A stretch of DNA of 64,000 nucleotides from Squalus acanthias (GCA_030390025.1 CM059448.1:25854001-25918000); one strand, 5' to 3'. Shown: positions 38,011-50,281, counted from the stretch's first letter. Notes: generated by a model from the letters alone, not told the origin. Numbers and translations are program-made.

Positions 38011-39109
38011 CTCTTTTTATAGAGACTAAGAAATGGTACAAATATGCATGACGTGGGGAGGTCTACTAGTAGCATCACCATCCTTACGTGCCAGGTTGCG
38101 GTCAGATGTCCGCAATCCACAACAGAACCCCCATTTTGCTGAATGGGGGTGCACACATCATCATAGATCGCTTTATAACAGTCTCCAGAATGCAATCAAT
38201 ATTACATCTTGGGCACTGACTTCATTATTATTCTGCATACACATAACTCTTGTTCCATTTGAGACTTGCTAGGGACAGGGTCAAAGGGGCAGTTTAGAGT
38301 TTGGGGGTTGATTTATGAAACAAGTGTTGGATTTATCTGACCCGACATAGGAATCGGATGTCCTTTTCGGCAACTAAATAAGGTACTGGTTCTTTTCCCA
38401 GTTGACAGCAGTTCACTGCACTGTTTAATATCCTGCCCTAATTAGGACTAATTATAGAATCTTGCACAAAAAGTGCAGAAGGACACACGCCGTGGGATTT
38501 GACAGTGCCACACTGTTAGAGGAGAAGTTGCTCCTCTGAGACTTGAATAACACTATTGGTGGGGAGCGGGCCACTCGAAAATAACTGAGACATGTTACAG
38601 CTGACAAAGCAGTGCTTGATGCTGGCAAAGGATAAAAGATTTTTTGCAGTTGTTTCATTTCATATTGTGTGAATACGAGGTTGTGAAATGTCATGATTGT
38701 GAATGTATTTCAATCTCTTTACACTTCAGTAGCTGCGGTGCCACTACCTGCCCACTGGTGCCAACGCTGTGTTTTTTGGAAGTCGCTATTCAATGTTGGC
38801 ATTGTGACAAAGTGGATTTATGCCTGTGAAGTTGGTCATTTGTATTCCTGTACTCTGAATCAGCACGTTAAGGGTTAAACCAGTATCACCCCAGGTAGTT
38901 CAGCTCCAAACATACTGGCTGCAGCATTCTTCATATACACAAACTGCTCAAAATGAGGACAGTAGCTGGCTCCAGGTGATAATTAAGTTGCATTCAATGA
39001 TGAGCAGCATTGAAAGGCCATTAATAGAGTTTGCCTTCATTCAGTATTGACGAATGACTATTTCATTTAAGTAAATCACGAGCGGTGTATCATATTCTGC
39101 CTTTATTCC

Positions 39110-39612
39110 AATGCGCTCTCATCTTCCATAAACTTGACCTTATCCAAAATTCTGCTGCCCGTATCCTAACTTGCACCGTTCGCCCATCACCCCTGTGCTC
39201 GTTGAGCTACATTGGCTCCCTGTCCAGCAATGCCTCAATTTAAAAATTCTCATCCTTGTTTTCAAATCCCTCGCCCCTCCCTATCTCTTAAAGCTCCTCC
39301 AGCCCTACCACCCTCCGAGACCTTTGCATTCCTCCAATTCTGGCATCCTGCGCACCCCCGATTTTAATCGCTGCACCATTGGCGGCCGTGCCTTCAGCTG
39401 CTGAGGTCCTAAGCTCTGGAATTCCCTCCCTAAACCTCTGCACCCCTCTACCCCTCTTTTAAGATGCTCCTTAAAACCTACCACTTTGACCATCTGTCCT
39501 AATATCTCCTGATGTGGCTCGGTGTCAAATTTTGTTTGATAACGCTCCTGTGAAACACCTTGAGACATTTTACTACGTTAAAGGCGCTATATAAATCCAA
39601 GTTGTTGTTGTT
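39110..39612 (+). mobile_element. L2-clade LINE 3' fragment with (GTT)n tail
   Basis: SPITPVLVELHWLPVQQCLNLKILILVFKSL..GGRAFS is an L2-type ORF2 C-terminus. Ends AAGGCGCTATATAAATCCAAGTTGTTGTTGTT. Confidence 0.9.
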
Positions 39613-40097
39613 TGCAAACTCCCTGGTTACAGATCATATGATAGACCACTAAGCTGATGATAATAGATTTGTGTTCTTTGGAAAGAGCATTGATTGGTTG
39701 AAGCCCGCTAAGATTGACAGATCAGTAGGCAGAGATTATCTCGTAGATTTATATTCCTAGCTTCTAATTCTGCAGAGAGAGCAGTCGGAGTGTGTGTAAA
39801 TTTTGCAGGCAACAATCTGTGTTTTGAAGCCTGAGCCAGCATAGCCTAAAGCACGTTGCGCTTGTTGTTTTATATGTCGAGGCGAGTTGGGAAGAATATC
39901 GCCCACGGTGTCAAACTGAGTGCTGTTCATTCATCTTGCTGATTTAATAAATAAATAAATAAAACAACTTAGAGGTTCAAGCCAATGTTTCAATTTGTTA
40001 AGCGTGTTTATCCAGTCCACGATCCATAAAGGAGGTTAATTTTTACCAAATATCCTAGTTGTTCAGTTCTTTTTTATAAAGTTAATTTAATTTAATT

Positions 40098-40322
40098 GAA
40101 CCTGTGGAATTCTCTACTACAGAAGGCTGTGGAGGCCAAGTCACTGAATATATTTAAGAAGGAGATCGATAGATTTCTAGACACAAAAGGCATCAAGGGG
40201 TATGGAGAGAGAGCGGGAATATGGTATTGAGATAGAGGATCAGCCATGATCCTATTGAAATGGCAGAGCAGGCTCGAAGGGCCAAATGGCCTACTCCAGC
40301 TCCTATTTTTCTATGTTTCTAT
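40098..40322 (+). mobile_element. CR1 LINE 3' end fragment
   Basis: GAACCTGTGGAATTCTCTAC...GGCTCGAAGGGCCAAATGGCCTACTCC...TTCTATGTTTCTAT. Confidence 0.9.
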
Positions 40323-40489
40323 TAATGATAGATTATTAGGTCAATAGGTCTGCATAGAATATGAAAACTTTCCGACAATTTGATTTTATTGCAATATTTT
40401 GAATAGGAACACAGAAACAATAAATGCATCAGACAGCAGCCATGGTTAAAGTGCAAGATTGAACATTTCCCCATTAGCCCAGAAACATT

Positions 40490-41012
40490 GGCCCTGATAT
40501 TTACGGGACGACAGGGTGGGGGGCTGTAATGGCCAGCAAACCCAAAAATGAGGACCTCATTTTAAATGGTTTTTCTCCATTTCCCGGACGGCAGCCAGCC
40601 AGATTGAGAGGTTGGCAGCTGCCGTGTGGGAAGGCCTGCGCTGGTAGGCTGCAGCCGGGGAGCGGAGAGGAGGGAAGGAGAGAGAGGGAGAGATTGGAAA
40701 GCTCAGGGGGGAGATCCTAAACCACAAGCAGTGCTGGAAAGGCACTTATCTGCGGGATCGGGCTGTTCTCGCCTCCCTTCAGCTGCCAGGTTTCCCAAGC
40801 CCTGGGAAACCCAGCCCGCAGCCTGATTAAAATATTTAAATTACAGAGCCACCTCTAAAGAGCAGGTTAGTCGCCCGCCCTCCCCAACCCACCTCCGTTA
40901 AAACTGGAAGTAGGCGCGTTGGAGGGCGATTGGGGTCTGGTTTCTAATTTTTTTAATTCTAACCTCCTCCCTGCCCCTCTCCCACACGTCCTGGGGGGTT
41001 AATATCCGCCCC
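40490..41012. mobile_element. GC-rich MITE-like element
   Basis: Imperfect inverted termini GGCCCTGATATT / AATATCCGCCCC enclosing a CpG-rich block. Confidence 0.5.
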
Positions 41013-41450
41013 CCCCCCCCACCCCATTAGCTTTGTGAAGAAATGACGCTGGTTTGAAATTTTGATAGTTTTTTTGGACATGTTCAGTCTGGAGAAAGGC
41101 AACTTTAGACTGATGTCACAAAGTTGTTCTTCAGAAATTTGATCAATGCTTGAAATGGACTTCCTGAAAGGGGAACGGTGGCGAGAACTGCTGGAATCAT
41201 ATAAAAAAACAATTGCATGCTGCGACAGGGCCATCTTGTTGTATGAGCTAGGGTAGGCCGAACTGCCTTCCTCATCATGTGATCTAGCAAATTGGCATCA
41301 GCAATCTTGGTGTGGTGGGGGGGGGGTGGGGGGCGGTCATGAGGAAGACAAACAACGACCGTTAAAGTCAGTTTTTATCGCTAATTTAAAAATCATGAGT
41401 TAGTGAAAATGAATTTTTAATTTGAACAGGTTTTATATCCCCAATGAGTG

Positions 41451-41533
41451 CAAGCAGTGCTGGAAAGGCACTTATCCGTGAGATCTGGCCGTTCTCGCCT
41501 CCCTTCAGCTGCCAGATTTCCCAAGCCCTGGGA
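41451..41533 (+). repeat. 83-bp direct copy of 40725-40807
   Basis: CAAGCAGTGCTGGAAAGGCACTTAT...TTTCCCAAGCCCTGGGA; 6 substitutions and no indels by manual comparison. Confidence 0.92.
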
Positions 41534-41689
41534 GGAATGAGGGGCTAAAACTGGGAGAGGAAAAGATTTTGCATGTACTTGCTGGTGCAAAATAGTGAAA
41601 GCGTAAGACTTTAAAAAAAAAAAAAAAAAAAATTGGTCTTAAAACTTAAAAATTATTGCAGCCTTTTGTTTCCAAAACCCTATTTGGAC

Positions 41690-41930
41690 GTCTATCCCAC
41701 TCTGTGTGTAGAAGAGTTTCCTGATATCAGTTCTGAAGTTGACTTTTGTTTGAACCTTTGCATCTCTTTTCTTACTGTTCCTACTTACTGTGCAATAATG
41801 TTCCGGATTTACCCCATCCATTCTGTTCACTGTTCTGCACACCTCGGTGGGAACCCCCTTCTAGTGACGAGTCGCCCAGGTTTCACCAGCCTTTCCTCAT
41901 AACTTAGGCTCTGATGCTGGGCCTCAGCCT
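41690..41930 (-). mobile_element. Old CR1 fragment
   Basis: Minus strand KVNFRTDIRKLFYTQ resembles the CR1 ORF2 C-terminal FRTxxRxxFFxQRV motif. Confidence 0.55.
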
Positions 41931-42458
41931 GCACTCGACTAATCTCTCAAATTTGATATTTATCAAGGCGGAAACTTAAATGTATGTTGATCAGCTAGAA
42001 AGGCGATAAAATACTGGATCTGTGCGCATGCAGTTATCATTTTAAAACACCACATCATCTGTCGGCGGCGTGCTTACCAGAAGGTGGCATTGCTCCTAAC
42101 TGTACCGGGGTAAAACAGAATGAGTTAAAGGAGCTCAGTTGTCCTGTTCAATCAGATCCTAATGCGCAAAGGAATTAGTAGAAAAGGGGTCACACTTTTA
42201 GAATTGTTTTCTGCATTGAAAAGAAAGCTGCTTCTCTGGTAGTGCGCCTGAAGCGTTCTCTGTTCCTCAGATTATTAACAAAGAACAGAAGGTCAGGCAA
42301 TTGTATAAAAGCTTGCTGATTATTTTTTCTAATAATGTTTCATCTGAAAGTAAAATGTTAACATTTTAAATTAACGACTAACGAGGCAATAAAAATTGCA
42401 ATTATTGTAATGCTTTGACTGACAGGCGCGTAACCGAGCTGTCACTCTTTATTTGCAG

Positions 42459-42488
42459 TTGACAGATCCATTCAGGCCGATGCTGAGG
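42459..42488 (+). CDS. AUTS2: AUTS2 exon 13-equivalent (30-nt micro-exon, phase 0-0)
   Basis: atttgcag| LTDPFRPMLR |gtaaga. Confidence 0.96.
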
Positions 42489-42699
42489 GTAAGAATTCTT
42501 CCTCTTGAATTATAATCTGTCTGTCTGCTCCCTCTGGCATGGAAAGATAAGTGAATGATTAAGAAATTATATCTTATTAAAGCATCAAAGTCCTCTCAAG
42601 CAAGACCATTTTCAAACATTCAGACGGGCTGCGTAACTTTGTTCTGTGTCTTTGTTGTGAAGCGCCTGCGGATTTTGGGGGAAAAGGAACTAGCCGGCT

Positions 42700-43070
42700 C
42701 TGCTAACAGCTCAGCCGATTAAACGCAACACCCAACGTGGAACTGAGCTCCACTGGGTTAGCTGGTCTCAGCCAGGGTGGCATCTGGGGCACTGCATTTG
42801 GTCTCCTAAGGAAGGCTAATATGAGCCAGCGACCCTGCTACTGAGCTCGTGCTGGAGAACGCACATGTGGCAATCCGACAAATACAGAGTGCCGCTTGGC
42901 TGTGATTCCAACCGCCCCCCGCCCCTTGCAAGAATACCCCATAGACACTGTTAAGTAGCCTGTGGCACTCACTGTCAAGGCTCACACATGGGGTAGTAGC
43001 ACTTGGATGAAGTGGCGGCGAGTAAATGACATGCAAGCAGCGTCGGAAGAATTAGGTGGAAATTGGAGAG
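42700..43070 (+). mobile_element. LF-SINE-like element, diverged
   Basis: GGTTAGCTGGTCTCAGCCAGGG...TTGGTCTC...CACTCACTGTCAAGGCTCACACATG is shared with 22995 and 23835. Confidence 0.55.
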
Positions 43071-43869
43071 GGCGAAAGAATTAGTTTTGAAAGTTATACT
43101 TGAACAGGGCACAATATTTTTAGATCCTGACAGAGTCTCACTGTCATGGCCTTTTATAAAAAAAAAAATTGATCCGTTAAACTATTCGAGTTAACGATTT
43201 TTATGTTTCTATTAGTATTTTGTGTTTGAATATTTTATGAAAATGGTGGTGACTCAATGCAAGAGAGTTTAATTAAAGGGACACCATCTCCCTAAAAATA
43301 ATGATCGCCATTCTTTGTTTGGGAGGGACAAGCTCAGTACCACGGCCTCATCGCAGAGTAATAATACATCTTATTGTGGTGACTTAAGTTAAAACAAATC
43401 TGAAAAAGGATTTGTCAAATACTTTCAAAAGATGACGGTGCAGCTTTCAGTGCTTTTGGAGGGGGGAGGAAAAGGAACTGAAACCTGGGTCACCACAACC
43501 CGCACTTGTGAGCAAATTGGGGGAGTCTGAGGAACGGGTCTGTCAGCAGGTTACAAACGGGAGGTAAAGTGGAGATGGAGAGTTAGAATGTGGGCGGTCT
43601 GGTTTTTGATGAATTCAGATCAGTTGTCCGCTCTGCAATTAAATAGTTCATGGGCCGCAAAGCTGCAGAATTTTGTAACCCATGCTGGAAAATATGTTTA
43701 CACACAAATGTTCAGTGGGTGGAGTGTTTTGGGTAACAGCAGAAGAGGTGCCAGTGTGCCTTTAAAATGGGATTTTGAACAACGGGATGACTTAGAGAGG
43801 ATTACCGAAGGTGTCTTGTCGTGCAGGCCTCACTATGGAGGCCCGAGCCAAAATTTGCACTGGTTATGA

Positions 43870-44028
<159 letters not shown>

Positions 44029-46264
44029 TGAATGTTGTATTCGCACTCCCGAATGAGTGCTGCATTAAATGTTCATCTGTTCACCACAATTGCTGTTGGG
44101 GAGAGAGTTATAAGGGCCAACCTGATCAAGAGGTGATGGCATAAACCATGCAAGTGGTGCATTGGCGAGGGCGTTACAAAGACCAACCTAATCGAGAGGT
44201 TTAGATGATATAAACCATGCAAGTCAAGCAACTTACAAAACCAACTGAACTCTAATTGAGTTTCTTACAGTTGTTTCACTGCCTGGTACCTTGGTTTATG
44301 TCATTTCTAATCTGTATTAAATGTCCTTGTTATAATGTTCAGCAGTTCTTTGCGGGGTTTACCACTTTCCCTAGAGTGTTTCAAAGCCTCATTCCAGTGA
44401 TGAGTGGCATTCAGTGGGGACAGTATTCCAGGTTATAATTTGTAGCACGTTATAGGGAGGTTCCAAACACGCTGTGTGAGACTTGACACATGATCGGCTT
44501 TTGATTTAAGTTTTTCACGCAGCTCCCTGAACATTTTGTCGCTCACTCAAATTATTCCATCAAATTCTTCATCATTTCACTTCCACATTCTGCAACGGAA
44601 CATCTCGGGGATCAAATCCAGCCCAGACTGATGGCTTGAGAGTCTCTTTTTGCCTGCTGACTGCAGGGGACCAGAGTGTTTGGGCAATCTCGATCCAGTC
44701 CGTAGTGGCCACGAGCTTACAGCAGGAACTGCCCCATATTGGCACGAAACTGATTTCTCACTCGAGAGAGGTTCGAGAATTATTAATGTGGGAATTCACA
44801 CTGTTGGAGTAAGGTGTCTTCCTAGGTTCAGGCACATCGTAGGATAGAGTAGAGGGAGCTTTATTCTGCATTTTACCATGCTTTGGCGTGTTTGATAGTG
44901 CCTAACATGGGAAAAGTTCTCTTCCACACCACTGATGCTGATACACAGGGACATAGAGATTGCTAGATGAAAGAAGCCAACATGCCACCTAGTCCACCTT
45001 CTACCATCCTGGTAGTCACATGATACAACGATAATGGAGTTGTTGACTAATCATAGCAATCAATCTCTATCAATTAGTCTACAAGAGACCCAGACATGAT
45101 ACGAGAAAAACCCCAGTGGTGGAGAGCTTTGGGAACCATAGGTCCTAACAAAAGAATTTTTTTTCTTAAAAAGTGCAAGTTCTAGAAATCTCAGTCCACT
45201 TGTAATCTTGATGTGGAATTTTTCTTTGTAACTGGTTTGTCAGGACTTTGCTGCAATGAGAAACTAATAATGAATTTCCAGAGGCCTCAACAGTTGCAGT
45301 GGAGTTTGGGCTGGGACCGAGGACCTTGTCTGCTGTAACTGGAACGTTGCGGCTGTAACAGGGTCTGACTGCAGACATCCAACGGTTCATAAACACCCAG
45401 GGCTGGTTCTCCTCAGCACTCATCTGTCTTCAGTTAGTTCTAATGGGATGCAGCAATTTAAGAGGGCCAAGTACCAACTGGGATTGTGCCCCTGGATGTT
45501 ACACAAGGTTTCCCAGTTGACTATCATTAGAACACGCACCAGGCTAAGTCCTTAGGCTGAAGGGCCTGGTTTACTGGTTACTGGTCTGTCGGGAAAGATT
45601 TTGTTGGAGACGGTCCAGTTGCGTGCACGATATTATCAGCACTGAAGGTGCCAAAGGTTGGAAAATGATTCAGACTCTCAGCAAATTGCAGAGGTTTGAA
45701 GTACAGGGGGTCTCCAGCCTGCCCATTGTAACTTTGGCAGACGAGCTGCGGAAACAGTGGAGAAACGGTATGAATACAGTTTGCGCCATTTTTCTAATGT
45801 TTTCGTATCACTTCCACCAATTTTAGAGTGGAGGAGTGGGAGACCCCCCCCCCCGCAGAGAGAGAGACCCCCTCAGAAACAGACCCCCTGCAGTCTGCCT
45901 CTGACAATTCAAAGTGTTCTGTGTATAAAAAGAATTATTAAATAAGTTGAATTAAGCAATGTAAGTAGCAGAGTAAAGTGGGCATTTATTGCTTAAAAAT
46001 TGAATTACTGGATAGTAGGAATTAAGCCACTTTGAATTAAGAGTAGACTGAAAGCATGAGTCAGCACTCATTTGAATTGTGTATATTTGTTTGTCAAATA
46101 AGTCGGCATTCTTTCAATTGTGCGTGTCGATATATAAACCAGGATTCATTCAAATTGCACCTGCCACTCTTCCCAGCGACGATGACTGTGAAGATGGGGA
46201 AGGCTTTTAAAAGGGAAACTGAATGAGATGGAGTGAAACATGTTTTTGTTTTTGCCTCTTGCAG

Positions 46265-46406
46265 CAACAGATGCAGTCCGATCCACACAAGCTTGACTTT
46301 GGCCTGAAACCAGAGTTCCTGAGCAGGCCACCAGGCCCCAGCATGTTTGGAGCTATCCACCACCCCCATGAGCTGGCTCGCCCAGCAACCCTCTTCTCCA
46401 CCGCTG
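46265..46406 (+). CDS. AUTS2: AUTS2 exon 15-equivalent (142 nt, phase 0-1)
   Basis: cctcttgcag| [48 protein letters not shown]|gtaagg. Confidence 0.97.
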
Positions 46407-46552
46407 GTAAGGAATAGCATTTAATGGTGAGGTTTCCCCCTCGGGAGTCATAGAATGCCAGCAATCTACTCCATCTCTGTGCCCAGCCAGTCAAACACAT
46501 GAAGTTTCCCCGGGACGCCAACATTTTCTGTTGTGAGCTGTACAAATAGCAG

Positions 46553-46571
46553 TGTCCACTAGATGGCAGTG
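46553..46571 (+). promoter_or_regulatory. CTCF core motif
   Basis: TGTCCACTAGATGGCAGTG fits the CCACYAGRKGGCR consensus, in non-repeat DNA ~150 bp after exon 15. Confidence 0.6.
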
Positions 46572-46790
46572 TTCACATTCAGCATTGAATACATTGCCTT
46601 GTGTTCCCAACAACATTCACCTGTAACACAATCTGCTTCTGTGCAGAGAAAAGCAACAAGCCAGATTTAGTCAGTTCTTGCAGGTAAGAAGAGACCATGC
46701 TTACAAGCATGCCATATTTTTTTTTAATAAATTGTTATGTTTAAAGCTATTCACTTCCAGCATCGTCCATGTTGATAGACTTGAATGGCC

Positions 46791-47126
46791 AGAATGTATA
46801 CTTGAATTATAAATTGGGCTAGGAATGGAGTTCAGTATAACAGTCGATTCGTCAGGAGAAATCTTTATTACGTTACAACGGTGACTACACTTCAAAAGTA
46901 CTTCATTAGTTGTAAAGCACGTTGGGACGTCCTGAGGTCGTGAAAGGCGCTATATAAATGCAAATTCTTTCTTCTATTGAAAAGGAATAGAATCCAGTCC
47001 GCACTTTTAATCCTGACTTTTCTCCCCTGGAATTTTCTGGTACCTTCACGGCTTTTCTGTGCACACATGAAAGACAAAATGCACCACAGTATGGGAAGAA
47101 AGAAATGGGTTAATCTTTTGGTAAAT
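46791..47126 (+). repeat. Dispersed duplicate (copy 2) of 1581-1936, containing a DeuSINE/L2 tail
   Basis: Collinear with 1581-1936; the SINE tail here (46872-46975) is more complete. Confidence 0.93.
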
Positions 47127-47683
47127 CATGCAGGAAAGGAATCCAATAGTCCCTGGGTTTTGTTGGAGCGAAATCATGCAGCTCAAGCAAAATGATTTTA
47201 CTGTCATGCTTTGTACGCACGTCCTCCTGGACAGCGTCACTCACGGGACAAGTGCATCCGTGACCGTACAGAACCAAAAGCAATCCCAGTCCTTGTGTGT
47301 GGCTACGGTTCCCTTCCAATACATCTGCTTTGTTTATTAAATATCTTGCGTCTTCGCACGCTGCCATTATAATTTTTCCATTATTAATTTCTAAGTCTGC
47401 CTTTATAATGGAAACTTGTCACACTGTAATTTCACCCTCCGCACAGCGGAAACTCTGCGGCCCCACCATTGGTGGGAGGATGTAACTTCGGTAAGATGTG
47501 TTTATCCAGGCAGTGTCATTATAGGCAGTGTTTATTATAACTGTAGACAGAGGAATTTCTAATAGAAACACAGGTAATAATAAGGACAGAATGCATGACC
47601 AAAATGGGGACATTATCACATACTGCGTGCCCTGATTTAATTATACCCCACTCTCTACTACTGTACTTCCTCACTCCAGTGAG

Positions 47684-48157
47684 GTGTCAGCTGTGGCTCA
47701 GTGGGCAGCACCCTCGCCTCTGAGCCAGAAGGTTGTGGGTTCAAGTCCCATTCCAGAGACTTGAGCACAAAAATCCAGGCTGACACGCCAGTGCAGTGCT
47801 GAGGGAGCGCTGCACTGTCGGAGGTGCCATCTTTTGGATGAGACGTTAAACCGAGGCCCCGTCTGCCTCCTCAGGTGGACGTAAAAGATCCTGCGGCACT
47901 ATTTCGAAGAAGAGCAGGGGAGTTCTCCCCGGTGTCCTGGCCAATATTTATCCCTCAACCAACATCACTAAAAACCAGATTATCTGGTCATTATCACATT
48001 GCTGTTTGTGGGAGTTTGCTGTGTGCAAATTGGCTGCCGCGTTTCCCACATTACAACAGTGACTACACTTCAAAACAAAAAGTACTTCTTCGGCTGTAAA
48101 GCGCTTTGAGACGTCCGGTGGTCGTGAAAGGCGCTATATAAATGCAAGTCTTTCTTT
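47684..48157 (+). mobile_element. Full-length DeuSINE (SacSINE1-like): tRNA-derived head, Deu domain, L2-type tail
   Basis: A box TGGCTCAGTGGG, B box GGTTCAAGTCC (47738), Deu core GATGAGACGTTAAACCGAGG...GGACGTAAAAGATCC...GAAGAGCAGGGGAGTTCTCCCCGGTGTCCTGGCCAA, tail GGCGCTATATAAATGCAAGTCTTTCTTT. Confidence 0.9.
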
Positions 48158-48769
48158 GTTTCTCCCTCTGCACAACACCACAGGAGATATACATTACATA
48201 TAGTCAGTGTATGTATAGAACTATATATATGTATACATGTATATAAAAAAAGGCCACGACATTCTCATGGTAATATATCTGTGAGTGGCACTGTGAGGGT
48301 CACATTATGTGATTCGTTAAAGGACACGAAGCTCAGCTAACATTACTGTGACGACTCCACTATACTTACCCTGTATTCTCCCTTCCTTGAACTTAGGAAA
48401 ATAAGTTCACGTGCTTGCCACTGTGACGAAAATGCCAATCTCCGCAGTTCTCCAATAAAGTTCCCAAGCTCTTTAATGCAGCATGAATTCCCACTGGCAA
48501 TGGGGAGCATTTGGATTGCACCACATTCATCCTTCAGGATGACTCGGGATCCGAATGTAGACTAAATACAGAAACATCCCTGATGACAAACTGGACAAAT
48601 AACTGCTCAAGTCCTCCACTGAATCCAGCCCATGGAAACGATACGCCCCCATTGTGCTAACATTGCATGTCGCCCCCCACCACCCCATTGAGCTCCCTTT
48701 CTCAATGGGATCCCACAGACTAGCATTTCCAATTTCCCGCCCTGGTAACATTTAGGCCCATGTCTCGTT

Positions 48770-48932
48770 GTCCCTCCCTCCTCTCTTTCTCCCCTTCCCT
48801 CATTTCTCAACACCTCATCCCATCGTCCCCTCGTATTTCCCACCCCATCCCCCCGTATCCCCCACCCCATCCCCCCGTATGCTCCCCTCCCCCTCCCCCT
48901 CCCCCTCCCCCTCCCCCTCCCCTCCCCCTCCT
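48770..48932. repeat. C-rich low-complexity tract ending in (CCCCCT)n
   Basis: Directly visible; the minus strand is (AGGGGG)n. Confidence 0.9.
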
Positions 48933-49119
48933 CTGCCAAGTCCAATCATCCCCTCATCCTCTCACCCTGCTTGACCTGAATACTGCACTTGGTCTTGATT
49001 TCCAATGTGCATTGCCACAGGAGATTGTATGTATAAAACTCTCGGTGCTGCAAGAGCATCTCTAGCAATGGCTTCTCTACCTACCCCAGCATTATCACCT
49101 CAGAAGTCCCCCAAGGATT

Positions 49120-49400
49120 AATCTTGAACTTGTACAAGACCTTAATGAGGCCACAGTTGGAATATTGTGCACAGGTTTGGGGACTCCATTATACGAAGAA
49201 TAGAAAAACATAATGGAAAAGATGGAGCTAGGATGTTACCAGGGATGAGAATTACAGTTATGAAAAGAGACTTGAGAAGTTGGGGATTTTGTTTTTTACA
49301 ACAGAGGGTTAAGGAGTGACATGATAGAGGAATTTACGATTATGATAGGTTATGATAGAGTAAATAGTGACTAGATTATTTCAACAATTCAATACAAGAG
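49120..49400 (+). mobile_element. Old CR1 fragment
   Basis: TTGTACAAGACCTTAATGAGGCCACAGTTGGAATATTGTGCACAG translates LYKTLMRPQLEYCAQ. Confidence 0.75.
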
Positions 49401-49409
49401 GACAGAATA

Positions 49410-49850
49410 AGTCTTCCCTATTTCACTGTGTCTTTCTTCACTCTTCCTCTACTTCTGTCTCCCTTTATTTCTCCTTCTCTGTCTCTTTGTGTTTCTCTTC
49501 CCTTTCTTTATCTGTCCTTTTTCTGATTGTCTCTCTTCCTGTTTATCCAAATCCCTCCCTCCATTTCTGTTAGTTTCTCTTTCTCCTAGTTTCTGTCTGC
49601 CTCTCCTTCACCTATTTTTCTATCTGTCTCTTTCTACCTCTTTCTCTGTCTCACTTTCTTCTCTGTTTATCTCTCCCCTTTTTTTACTTTATTTCTTTGT
49701 CTCTGTCTGTCTCCTCTCCCTCTTTCTCTTTTGGTGTCTCTGTTTCTCCCTCTACTTCTGTCTCTCTCTCTCTCTCTTTCTATTTATCTTGTCTTTTTTG
49801 CGCCCTCCATTTTATTTGTGTTTCCCGCCCTCTATTTCTCTGTCTGCCTC
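49410..49850. repeat. CT-rich low-complexity (polypyrimidine) tract
   Basis: About 440 bp of strongly pyrimidine-biased + strand. Confidence 0.9.
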
Positions 49851-50203
49851 TTATATAGCCAGTTTGCCGCACTCTTGAGTGAGCAAAGGCTTTTTTTAAG
49901 TTAAATTATTTTTAATAGATCAGACACACAGCCAGATGATTTCTGGAAATATTTCCTTACGGAAGGTAGCATTCTCCACTAACCTGCATCGATCATTGGA
50001 ATCAAAAGCCAACCTGCAGTTAACTGCGCTAGATTGTGCTAAGTCCCCATGACACCTTCAAGAGGTAACTAATTAAAAAGTGCTTTACCTCACAAAGCCG
50101 TTTTGCCAACCAAATGCAGAATTATGCAGATCAGTTTGAAAGATTTAGTGCGAATGTTTCCCTCGTAACTTCAAGGAAAATTAACTTCACTGTTTGTTTT
50201 TAG

Positions 50204-50281
50204 GCACCACGCATCCAACTGGAAATCCCTTCGGACCTCCGCCTCATCACAACAGCTTCCTGGGTCCAGCTGCTCATTTAG
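50204..50281 (+). CDS. AUTS2: AUTS2 exon 16-equivalent (78 nt, phase 1-1)
   Basis: tgtttttag| (G)[26 protein letters not shown]|gtaatc. Confidence 0.95.
   Translation, partial: APRIQLEIPSDLRLITTASWVQLLI

Noticed and set aside
42023-42032. NRF1-like motif TGCGCATGCA suggesting AUTS2/NRF1 autoregulation
   Set aside because: Only a partial match to TGCGCATGCGCA and not in a promoter-like context.
47686-47760. tRNA gene (A and B boxes present)
   Set aside because: It continues directly into a Deu domain and L2 tail, so it is a SINE head; no convincing cloverleaf.
49367-49878. Hydrophobic Leu/Ser/Phe-rich ORFs resembling membrane proteins
   Set aside because: These are translations of a CT-rich low-complexity tract.
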